Source of the DNA: Lingula anatina
Taxonomy: Eukaryota > Animalia > Brachiopoda
Length of the DNA: 64,000 nt
Direction: 5' to 3'
NCBI GenBank assembly: GCA_051362555.1
Contig: CM120642.1
Span: 8,618,001-8,682,000 of the forward strand
This document shows, in pieces, positions 1 to 11,785 of the stretch. The stretch's first letter is position 1. Each line of letters opens with the position of its first letter. Made by a program: the position numbers and the translations under genes. The notes beneath the pieces are model-generated. The model was not told the DNA's origin. It ran no database searches and saw only the letters and a list, made by a program, of their open reading frames with translations.

Positions 1-1180
1 TCTCAGCTATCTCCTTACGCAAGAACCAGAGACACAGGTGGATCGTATGAACTTTTACTTCTTGCAGGGCGCATGTACTTGACTGATACCACTTTTTTAT
101 TGATGTTTCCGTCGACTTGCCTTGTACTGAGATACAGAAGTGCAGGTTCAAGTTGCAAATGTTTATCGTTTCCGCATTTTAGTAATCGCACCTAACCGCC
201 GAAAATGTGAAGAATCCATTATTTTTTTCTTTTTTATTCTTATTAGTTTTTGACAGTTTGGAAAGAGGAAAATAATTGATTAGCTTCTCTGAGCTAACTG
301 TCATATTTAACGTATGTGTGCGTGCAGGTACGTGTGCGCGTGTGCTGACGAAGAAGAAGGATACACATTGGACATTGGTTTGCGAACAAACAGTGAAGTG
401 AGTTGAAACGAAACGATATTCAAACGCTTAATAAACCATTGAAAAACATGTTGCTACTAGGAACCAACGTTTTGCGATTTCGAAGAAAATTGGTTTGGTT
501 TGTTTTACAAACACAATTAAGACAGCGTCCCAAAGAAAGCTCATTTTTTGGCACTCGAGATGTGTAAGCAAATAAAATCGTTGGGTTTGGATGAACAATT
601 TCCAATTGGGGGTTCTCGGTGTGGCACAAGAAACTTGTTTGAATGAAATATTAAATTACAAAAGATAAAAGTAAATTAAATTTTTTTCGCTTTTTTTGTA
701 CCTTAACCATGCTGGTGAGCCTATTTTTTAAAAACTTTCATTACCTGGTAGTAATAATACCAATAGCCTCTTTATCTACTAAAAACTACCATGTGTTCTT
801 CTTGTTGGAAATAGCAAAAAAATATTTTAAATATTCAAAAACCAAGTATGGAATGGATTTATTTAATATCTAAGATAAAATGATATTTATATTTTCCATT
901 TTCGTAGATTGTTTTGAAGACGGCCGAAAAATTGATTTTCGAATTTCCCATCTCAACACCCTAATGCAATCTTTCCATTTTTAACTACGAATTGATCATT
1001 TTGGTAGAATTTTTTTTCTTTTTTTAAGGGGGCGACTACTATATCACTCGGGCACTCTTCTTCTTAGACTCTTCATGGCGAGTATCTGGTAAAAGAACTT
1101 TTGATCCACTGATACATGAAGTTTACAGGCCTTACATACAACCTTATGTACAACCGGGCATTATTCCCATTATAAGTAAC

Positions 1181-1382
1181 TGTAAGCTTGAGGCACATCC
1201 TGATAACGCTTCGCCAATTTTCTTATATATTAATCGATGGACTGTATAGGGTCAAGTCGATGAAAAAGGTGGTGGTGGTGGTGGTGGTGGTGGGGGGGGG
1301 GGGGGGGGGCGCTTATCCTGGCGTTCGCCTAGAACATCTTTCATGTTCTTTTAAACCTTTTTGTGGGGTTGTGCCACTAAAA

Positions 1383-1422
<40 letters not shown>

Positions 1423-1445
1423 TCCTCTCTCTCTCTCTCTCTCTC

Positions 1446-1491
<46 letters not shown>

Positions 1492-1716
1492 TCTCTCTCT
1501 CTCTCTCTCTCTTGCAGCACATTTCACCTGTAAGCTTAAGGCACTTCCTGAAAATGCTCCGCCAATTTACTTTTGATATTAATCGATGGACTGTGGAGAG
1601 TCAAACCTCTGTGTGTAAAGAGGGGGAATAGAGTACCCTGGCGTTTGCCAATGACATCTGGTTCGCGTCCATGTTCTTTTAAAATTTTTTTGCGGGATTG
1701 TGCAACTAAAATTCTT

Positions 1717-1754
<38 letters not shown>

Positions 1755-1790
1755 CCCCCCCCTCTCTCTCTCTTGCAGCAGCAGATTTTA
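1181..1790. repeat. Diverged tandem duplication (unit about 350 bp) with embedded (CT)n microsatellites
   Basis: tgtaagcttgaggcacatcctgataacg...attaatcgatggactgt at 1181 recurs as tgtaagcttaaggcacttcctgaaaatg...attaatcgatggactgt at 1530. Each copy is followed by cctggcgtt...tgtgc(c/a)actaaaa and a (CT)n tract (about 1383-1512 and 1717-1773). Confidence 0.8.
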
Positions 1791-2244
1791 CCTCCTATAA
1801 ATTCAAAATTAAATTTCAAAGTGTTCAAGGGGAAGCTTTTCGACCACATGCCACACTGACCATAGGTCACTGTGTAGCCACGCCAGTGATGACCACCTTG
1901 GTGGGAAATCCGTATTCCTTCATTGTTTGCTTTAAGTGTTGGGACCTACCTGCTCATTGTTAGGTACATAAAACAAGCCAAACAGCAAAATGGGTTTATT
2001 AAAGGTTTTTAAAATGCAATCAAAGAACTATAATAATACGGCGGTATCGGTCTGATGTACCGCAAAAGGCAGGCTATCAGGTTCCAATCGAATCGATTCT
2101 TTCCTCTGATCTGTACAGCGATAAAAAGTATACAATATCCTTTTATCAAGCAATTTAGGCGATCTCAAAAGCAAAATAAACCCCATAGTATTTTGTATCA
2201 TAACAACGAAGCAGCCACACTTGCGAGTAATACATGTACATCGT

Positions 2245-2245
<1 letters not shown>

Positions 2246-2282
<37 letters not shown>
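2246..2282. repeat. (GT)n microsatellite
   Basis: Perfect GT dinucleotide run. Confidence 0.95.
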
Positions 2283-2285
<3 letters not shown>

Positions 2286-3913
2286 CCGTGTGCGTGCGTG
2301 CATGTGTGCGTGCATTTGTCTAGTACGATTTAAATATCCATGCTGCCGTTTTTATCGTTTTTTCTCGGGCAAGCGATAAGTGTGTTTTACCTGCTTATCC
2401 TTTACCTGCTTTACCTTCCTACAGTGTATTTGTACGTTGACACTCTCTTTTACAGTACAGGCAATGTTAAAGACTTCCAAATCCAACTTATTTAAAAACT
2501 CCTAATCAGCTTAGAAATAGTCTGCAGATATGCATTTATTACTTCCCTTGCCAGCATGTACTTACCTGAGATGAAAACAGTGAAAGGTAAAAAGCAGGGT
2601 GGCGGAAAAACAACAGAGGCCAGAAGTGCACGCCGATAGTTTATTATCAGGCCACAGCCAGTTTGCAATTTACAATCAGTATCAAAACCAAATTTCTTAA
2701 TTTCTTAAGCTGTAGTTCTACCGACGAGAACCCATACTTAAACAATTTTTACAGCTCTTTCTGCTGCCGAATATTCCTTGGTTTAACCATCTATGCCTAC
2801 CTTAACTACTAGTGTATCATAAAAAGTTATACGAGATGTTCATTACTACATGGCTAACACCGATAACTGAATATCTAGTAGAGGAAATTGAAAAAAAAAG
2901 AGAGATGACTTAACCGAAACAATTTAAAGGATCACACGTATCGAACTGATAGAAACAATTGTGAAATATACATTGGACTCTTAGAAAAACGCCCCCTGAA
3001 CGTAGATTTTGTTCATTCGGCTGAAGCCGCGTAAAGATTAAATGCAATTTTCGCTTAAAATGGCATTTTTGATCAAGGGTATTAATGCCCTTTTTAGAGA
3101 GATTGTATCACGTCGCTGAGATGTGTAAAGCTCGGTCTATCTACAAGTGAAATTGAAGTTTTCAGAAGTTTTTTGAAGTGTGGATATTTCGGTGTGTGCG
3201 AGATCTGTGGTATGTTAATGTTTTATTTTTTTCTTTTTACACATTAAGTTTCGAAAGAAAATAATAAGGCGGGCAAAGTCTTCTTTACGGTCCCTTGAAC
3301 AAGTTATAGGAATTGAATTATCCAGAGTGAAGCAAATCAAAATAAGCTAATTATCTGTTGCTCAAGTGCGTACAGGTGGCGTAGGATATATGAATGTCAC
3401 AACAGATACAAAGAGCAAATTACTCACATTTTTCATAGGAAAAGAATGTTAAAACGGAACTAACACTTGTCTAATCACCGAAACATCCCGTCAGTTTTAG
3501 ACTTCCCCATTGAATGCCCGTTTGAAAAAAACTAACGAAATCACGTCTCTTCGCTAACTCAAAAATTGTTTTTCACTAACTCCATTTGTCACGAAGAATT
3601 TGGCAGTTTTATTAACGGTCAGGCTGTTCAGTAGTAAATCGTATGGGGGTTGAGAGACCATTATATTACGTCGGTTCCCCAAGTGCTCGCAGGTGCAGGT
3701 AACTTTAATGCTGCAGTTGGCACGCACGTGCAAAACCAATTTTTGTGATGCCACATAAAGCGTGATCTTTTAGCACTGGTAGCACTGGATCACTGATATT
3801 AAGAGATCCAAATGTGTGTGTGTGGTTGTTTGGTCTGTTTATGATAATAACGAGTGCAAAACTGAAGATGAAGGATATTTCATTGTTAGTGAGTTCAGGC
3901 TGGTAGACGTATG

Positions 3914-3944
<31 letters not shown>

Positions 3945-3973
3945 AGAGAGAGAGAGAAAGAGAGAGAGAGAGA
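3914..3973. repeat. (GA)n microsatellite
   Basis: Interrupted GA/GAAA run. Confidence 0.9.
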
Positions 3974-5849
3974 TGCGTACGTTTTATGATAAAGGGATGG
4001 TTTTAGGGAGGGAAGTAGAGAGACATATAGAGTGATTGACAGAAGGGCCCACGTCAATCGTTCATAAGATATTAGAAATACGACACCTTTTTAGTGATAA
4101 TTGACAGCGTGAGAAGTCAAATCTGTGATTAATTCAACAGATTAACAGTCTGACACTAATCCCCTTGCTGCTTCTCTTTCTGCTACTGCGCTTTCTATTC
4201 ATCCATAATTGAAATTGGTGTTTAATTTGTACTGTCTGCTGAGATGTACACACATTACAAAAGCACGACTTTGACTCCTGCTCACCGATACCAGGGCCAC
4301 GAATCTCTTAGCTTCTTGTGTGGTCTCACATTGCCATGGCAACATATCGTTAACCTTACCGCCAATGTCTTTGCGCGCAGCCGAAAAGGAAATTATTAAT
4401 TTTATAAGAACGGCATTTAGGAAAGGTTCTACCCTATTTTATTGGTTTTGCCATTCCCGATGAAAGAGAAACATAACTACGAAACGGCAGTTGCTTGAAT
4501 TACAGCCGAAATGCGAAGCTGGAAAAATTAGATCAGAAAATGATAATCGGATACCTACTAGTTTTTTCTTTTCTTTCTTTGGGTAGGGGGGGAAAATAAA
4601 ATTGTTAGTTTTACATCGACCACAGAGCAATCTTTTCATTTATCGCATCAGTATCTTTCCTTGTTTTATTGTGATTCAAACACTCGATTCATTTTATACC
4701 TGTTTTTTTTTTAATATATTAAATACATTTTGCTTTATCCCGAATTGCAGCATCAAATATATGTCTAAACTTGCCAATAAGATTTTACAATGTAATTCAA
4801 TTCAATTTGTTTTTAAATTTGAAGGACGTACCCGATACGATATTTTGTAAGTGCTCTTAGCAATTCCTCGTCATATTTTACAGCGTATACTTTCACTGGT
4901 GTTTTTCATCTTAAGGTGAAATGCCGATAGCTATAGCTATGGGAATGAAGAGTAAAGAATTCTTTTGAAAGTCGCGAGCGTGCGAACAGGTGCGCACAAT
5001 TTTCGGACTCTTCGCACGTCCTTCATGGGTTACTGCCAACATATCGTAATTAGTACATGTGTTTAATCAAGATAATCAACTGCGTCAACGAAGGCGCTTT
5101 TTTCGTCACCAAGATATTAAAACAGTTCTTAGATTTTATTTGTGGTATCTTCATTGACATTTTTGACTTGACGGAGGTCTGCGATCCCGGAGAACTCTCT
5201 AGTATCTGGAAACAACTACGACGTACGAAGGGTGTGAAGATATTTCTGTCTGTTTTACAAGCGTTTTGAAGAACTCTGTGATTTGACCAAGAATTGCACC
5301 ATGCGATAAAATGATACTGGAAATTTTAATTACAGCATTTATCTGTCTCTCATTTAACCACATGTCAAAAAGAACACAAATTTGTTCATAACCTAGATTA
5401 TCTCGGTTCGAGACAGATATGTCATTATATTTTATGTTATTTAATTCATAGGAAGAAATTTAACCGGTCCTACATGTTCCTCTGAGAACTTATCTACCTT
5501 TCTCTACTTTAATTTCAAGGACCTTCTACATGTACAAACAGCGCAATGACAGAACAACTAAAATGTCAATTTCTTGTACATGCACATGTTCACTTGTACT
5601 AAATGAGCATCATAACAGTGAAGTGTTCTTAATAATTTTCAATTGAATTAAATTATGCATAATTGATCATAATATTAAATGCATTACTTTATTCAATACA
5701 GCATAAGGTATATTTTATAAAATTGCATTAGATTATCAAATTGTGTTACATGTACGTTGTAATAAACCAAATCAAAAAGTTATTCAGCATATTCAAAAGT
5801 AAAAAATAGATACAAAAATTATGCTAGATGTACATTATTATATTTCCAG

Positions 5850-6669
5850 GTAGAAATCCTAACCGTCCGATCCACTTTCTTGCACTGAGCGTAACCCCCT
5901 TCCCCGTCAAATACCCGGGCCAAATGCTGCTCTCCTTCCAGCTGAATGTCACGGAGACACTGCCGACCAGTTTATCCGTGGACACTACGCTGGAGAGAAA
6001 AGTACAGCTCCTGTTTAGAGAGACGACTTTCAATATTCCATGTATAAGCGTGGGCAACAGCCAGTTTGGCACTTGGTGAGTATTTTTTAGACGATTGCAC
6101 CCCCCCACCCACCTCAAAAAATAAAATAAATAAATAAATAAATATACGGACATACAACGTGAAAATTAACGGACAGACAAACCAAAAAGCAGTTTGATTT
6201 TCTGTACGACAGAGGGTTACGTTTAGAAATAGACAGACACACAGATAGTGCAGACAAATAGAAGAAAGCAAAAGGAGATATCTAGACGGTCTAACAGCTT
6301 CAAGTCATAAATAGTGCATCAAGACATTAATTACGGGTGTGTTCAAATTGTTTTTATTTTAGATTGATTTTAGTTGAAACTGAGACAAGGTATGTTGAGT
6401 ATATAATCAACACTTTACCGCTTTTTTCCTCGAAACATCAGCACACATAAGGACCTGTGTAGCAGAATGGCCGAAACCTACGACCCGTGCGATTGCCCCG
6501 CCTTCTTCGAGGAGAACGACTTCCCGTGCTCCTGCCCCATACCAGACGGGGAATATGTCCTTAAAGACCTGCCGATAGATATACCCGAGATCAGCGGGGG
6601 CTTGTCTGTGTTTGCCGATGTGAGTATTTCTGTGAACACGGTTTAGAACGGCAACAACAAAATAATAAC

Positions 6670-6703
<34 letters not shown>

Positions 6704-7132
6704 CAGGTTTCAAGAGAACGTGTGTACATTGCATATATATTGATTAAATATTATATCAAATCTAAGTGTGCATGTAAAAACTAGTGTATGTAAACACAGT
6801 TAGCGTAAAAGCTTTCTGTCAATTTAAGGTCTTCTCATTACATTTGTTTTTGACGGACTTCTCTATATGGGAGTAAGTCTGTAAGTTGTGTTAGAGAATC
6901 CACGTGGCACTCATTCGAAATAGTGATTGTCACACCTATCGCAATGTTCTTGATATCTCTAGTTTTTTTTTCAACTCTCGCTTCTATTTTGTTACAGGGT
7001 GATTATGAGCTAATGTCCGAATTCTATGACGGTGACACTGGTCGAGAGCTGGGCTGCCTCAGATTCACAATGTCCATGGAAAAGGACAAAGAAGATGAGG
7101 AAGAAGATGATTCGTGGTGGGGAAAACGCTAA
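5850..7132 (+). CDS. GM2 ganglioside activator-like (ML lipid-recognition domain) protein, 5'-incomplete model
   Basis: Exons 5850-6075, 6442-6619 and 6998-7132 join in frame at GT-AG sites. Translation has the GM2AP pattern: PIH..LSVTP.P...PG, IPC...FGTCTHKDLC, CP....ENDFPCSCPIPDGEY, GDY...E.......LGC. The signal-peptide exon was not identified. Confidence 0.8.
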
Positions 7133-7709
7133 ATCAGTGGAGTACTCGCAGACATAAGATGTGATAAAATACCGCAAATGTGATCTAATACAGCCGATTT
7201 ACTGAACAGTTTCTATTGTATACCTCTTCTATTGTTTTTATCAAGGATATATGGCTGACGCAAGTTTAAGCGTCCTGATTGTGTTTATTCCGAAAGTGCC
7301 AGTCATCTAATGTAAAATGGTGCTACGAGCAAGGAGGAGACGTGGCTAATTTTTGCCTCGACATGGCCGTACCAATTAAGATTGTTTGGGACAGCGACAA
7401 TCGCTGCGCTATATAGCAATAGCTACTTCTTGGAAATCATTTAAGAGGTGTAGAGATTGAACGATGAAAACAGGAGAGTTCGCTTCGAATTCTGGCGTCA
7501 TAGGCCTACATCTCCCACAAGAGTAATAAAATATCTGATATAACACGTGACAGATGACACCAGACGAGAGAAAGAAAGAAATGCGTTTTTAAAGGAGCTT
7601 TCATCTGCTTAACAATTAAAAATAAAGTTTTATGTTGCTCCATTGTGTTCTTGAAATAAGAAGGAATAAAATTCTGGAATTATCTTTGTAAATAATGATG
7701 TAGTCATGT

Positions 7710-7715
<6 letters not shown>

Positions 7716-7786
<71 letters not shown>
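7716..7786. repeat. Compound (CT)n(GT)n microsatellite
   Basis: CT run followed directly by a GT run. Confidence 0.95.
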
Positions 7787-7790
<4 letters not shown>

Positions 7791-8532
7791 CGAGTTCTAA
7801 AATTAAACTTTAGACGACCTCACCCGAATTTGCCAGCTTCCATCTCCAGTACCAACGAGTCTTGCAACTCAAAGAGTGAAAAAAACATGATATGCTATCT
7901 GACTGACTCTGCCCTCAGTTGTCGCTCAAGGAACCTTGCTGGGTCAGTTCTTATTTATTATCAAGAACAACAACCTTCAGGCTAGCTGTCCTAACGACAT
8001 GCAAGTTCGCGGATGATTCAACAGTCTTTGAGGTGTGTGGCTCTGATACTTATGTCAGTAAAGCGCCTAAATTCAAACTTTTGAGTGTTTTCGTTTCTGA
8101 CATGCACACGGTTCTATTATCTACGCCAACAGAAAATGTGCCAAACTGTCCTGAAAAGATCTTGTACAGATGTACCAAAATTTAATTGCCCTTTTTAATA
8201 TACTTTTCTTGTGTGGCACCCTGGGTTAACCGGTGAGCAGTGCTATATAAAATAAAATATTCAATCGAGGGCACTAGGAAGTATAATTCTTGACTTATCA
8301 TATGTCGATGCACTGGTAAAAGCAAGCTTAGTGGTTATACTGATATGGTTCTGGTGCCCAACCAATGGTAGATAACTCCTGTACCCCCTTCAGTAACACA
8401 TCCACTACATCCTAAGATAGTGAAACAGCTCACTGCAAGTAGGTCAACTCTGTCGGTGACTCTGTCAACAAAAAAGTGTAGCTGAAGCGTGTAAGTGTCT
8501 GCACCTGTAAGCGTCCACCTTTACATACAGCC

Positions 8533-11500
8533 ATGAAGATCACCAGTATTAAAGTATACAAGGTGGACCTACCGTTGAAAGAGGGGGCGTATAAATGGTC
8601 GGCAGGAAAGAGTGTGGAGACATTCGACAGCTCGGTTGTTCAGATTGACACGGATGCTGGCATCTCGGGATTTGGGGAGGTACATTCACTTGGGAAGTGG
8701 TCTACATTGAGTGTGATAACTGATGTGATAAATTAAAACCTGGACTTGCTTCACATAGATATAAAGTGCCTGGGCTTCTTTTGCAGGACAGTAAAATTTG
8801 CAAAGTAGTTAAGTCCCCCAAGATCGATTTTGTGATAAAGGCCCTTGAGTCCCTTTGGTCTTTTATACCATAGTTTGCTGCGTTTCACTTGCATACTTGA
8901 ATGTTGAATATTTTAAACCACTCATCGAACCCTATGTTATCAGAGTCAAGGGGTTGAACTCCCAAGACGAAAGAACGTACAGTTCATTGACAACAATATT
9001 GACATTTTTCTCATTCACACACAGTACACTTAAAATAATATGATAACCGGGTAACTACATACATTGGCTTTTATTTGTCCCAAATGTGCTAATGCAATAT
9101 AGCACAGGTGCTGAGCTCACTTATGCCCCGATTTGGTGAGCCTTTCAATTCACACTAAAATTGGCCGATATAAGCGTGAGACCCGGTGCAAAGCGAAGAT
9201 AAATCCCCGAAATTTCTGCAAAAGTGTTGAAATAATTACGCTCTATGTACGTACCCGTTATTGAACCAGAAAAGTACAGTTGTTATCGTGACAAGTCTCT
9301 GTCTTCATTTTGAGGGTGAGTGTAAAACTAGAATTCTTGAAATTTCAAATCTTAATTTTAAAATTAGTGTGTATTTGAATCAAATTGTTTGAAATTACAG
9401 GTGTGCCCCCTGGGCCCTTATTACCTTCCATCCTACGCCAGGGGTGTGAGGACGGGAATTCAAGAACTGGGACCCCACCTCATCGGACGAAATCCTCTTG
9501 AAATCGGTAACAATCAAACCTCCCTATGTACATGTACATATTTACATGAAAGTTTAGCGAACTTCCACAAGTCATTAAATTGACCTTCTCTTTAATAAAC
9601 TTCCCCAAAACACAGGGGGTATATTTCAAATATTATAAATGTTTAGTGAGATAATCTTATAGATAACAGGAATACTGCATATATTCGACAAAGACTTTTT
9701 TATATACATTGCAGAGATAAAAAGGAATAAAAAGAAGTGAATTTTAATTCAGGGGCACTGAACACCGCAATGGACTACCACTTAAAGGGGCATCCTTACG
9801 TGAAGTCACCCATAGACATGGCGTGTTGGGACATCCTTGGCAAGGTCACCAAGCAGTCTGTTTGTACCCTGTTAGGGGGACGCTACGGGGAGACGGTTGA
9901 TCTGTACAGAGCAATTAGTCAGCTACCCCCAGAACTGATGAAAGAGAACGTTCTTCAGTATAAGAAGGAAGGGTATAAAAAGTTTCAGGTATATTTTGGC
10001 ATTGCATGTCGCTTAATATTTTTGGTTGGTTATTTAAGACATCTCTATGGTCTCAAATAGTTAGCTGGGCTCTGTTAAACCGAGAAAGAATCCATATTGT
10101 AAGGTAATCAGGCCTACATGCTTTTTGTGAACCGGCAGTATGCAGTATTCTGCATATGTTTTTTTTTTCGCTGCACATTTCTACTGCGCCCAAATTTTAC
10201 ATTACTCAGATTCCCCCGTCGGCCTTTTTCAAAGTCGTTAAGCGATTCAAACCTTTTCGTATTTGCCATATTGCAATATTGTAGAAGCTTTCTAAAAACG
10301 ATTAACAAGGATTCGCTTTTATGTAATAATAGTGCTAAATTCACCAGCGATGAGACATAACTGCGACAAATGGTTTTCAACGTGCAGCTTTTGATCTTCC
10401 TCAATTTAATAACCCAACATCCAGACTTGACAGCACTCTTTAAAAATATACAGGGGGCCGCAAAGAAATATTATTATTATTATTATTATTATTTCATTCA
10501 TTTATGTCTTATTTATCTAATTCTATTGGCATGAGCTGAAGTTTATATGAGCATTACCTAGCTTGACGTTCTCGAAGCAGTATCTCTAACAATTTTTCCC
10601 GTCCCAAAGTTATAGGGATTTTTCTGCATAGCCATACTTATGCCGTCATTTGTGTTCGTTTCCCAGCTAAAGGTGGGTGGCAATCCTGACGAGGACATCG
10701 CCAGAATTCGTACCATTCGCAAAGCTCTGGATCCCGGTGACGTTCTGGTCGCAGATGCCAATACCGGGTGGTTACCACACGAGGCTATTCGTATAGCAAA
10801 CGCCGTTCAAGACCTGGACGTCTACATCGAACAGCCGTGCCTGTCGTATGATGAATGCATGCACGTGCGACAGCACTGCAGCAAGCCATTTGTTCTGGAC
10901 GAGAACATAGATGACATCGATTCCTTGGTTCGTGCGCATGTTGACAGAGCTGCTGACGTTGTGAATTTGAAAATTAGTAAATTGGGAGGGCTAACGAAAG
11001 CAAAGCAGGTATTATATTCACTTGGAATAAATATTTTATTCTATCGATGTCTGAAAAATGTTTATCACTTTAAAATTTGTTTAATTATTCCTTATAGATG
11101 TCTTGATTAATTTTTTTAAATCTTATTCTATAATTTGTTTATGTTTTTGTTCTAATTTTAGTATTTCCTTATTTTAAAAGTTAGAGCTCTTACATACTTG
11201 GTTTTGTGTGTATGTACCAGTATGTGTGCGTGTTATATTCAATATAGTCCCGTGGTTTTAGGCTCGTGACCTTTGTGTGACCTTTGGCCTAGCAATGACC
11301 TTGGAGGACACTTGGGGCAGCGACATTGTGACAGCAGCTATTGCACACCTGGCGCATAGTACACCGGAAAAGTACCGCTTTACAACAACTGATTTTAACA
11401 GCTACAACACAGTAGGGTTCTAAACTCTATAAAGTTTTTCTTTTATTGAATTTGTCATTTAGTTTAAGGGTGTATACAAAGTGACCAACAATTTCATAGA

Positions 11501-11785
11501 GGTAATAATGAATTCCGAACGAATGTTTGAAACTGCTTAAGAATAAGATGCAGAAGGCAATGGTTAGAGAGGCACTTTTCTTACACATCTATTTTGGGAA
11601 ATCATTTCAAATTGATGAATAAATGTCCCATTACCATATCTTAATTTCACCGTTCTCACTTCCAGGTGAGCATTGCTGCGGGAGGGCCCCAAAGGGTGAA
11701 CGGCACAATGCAGGCAAGCAACGAGCCTGGCCTCGGTATAACTCCACATCCGGAATTACTTGGCAAGGCCATCGTGATCATATGA
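8533..11785 (+). CDS. Enolase-superfamily (mandelate racemase/muconate lactonizing enzyme fold) protein, cis-3-hydroxy-L-proline dehydratase-like
   Basis: Six exons: 8533-8679, 9401-9506, 9753-9988, 10667-11008, 11262-11411, 11666-11785, all GT-AG with consistent phases. Motifs: [45 protein letters not shown] (QxK), metal ligands ADAN / IEQP / [23 protein letters not shown]. Confidence 0.9.

Noticed and set aside
1188-2333. ORFs with LSLSLS, REREREE or CVCVCV tracts
   Set aside because: They are translations of (CT)n and (GT)n microsatellites.
3098-3209. Open AG..GT-bounded segment ending ...CEICG, phase-compatible with the GM2AP-like exon at 5850
   Set aside because: It has no resemblance to a GM2AP N-terminus or signal peptide and cannot be assigned without transcripts.
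9044-9260. Possible Tc1/mariner MITE in intron 1 of the dehydratase gene (taaccgggtaactacata ... tatgtacgtacccgtta)
   Set aside because: The inverted repeat is short and imperfect, which is insufficient without other copies.
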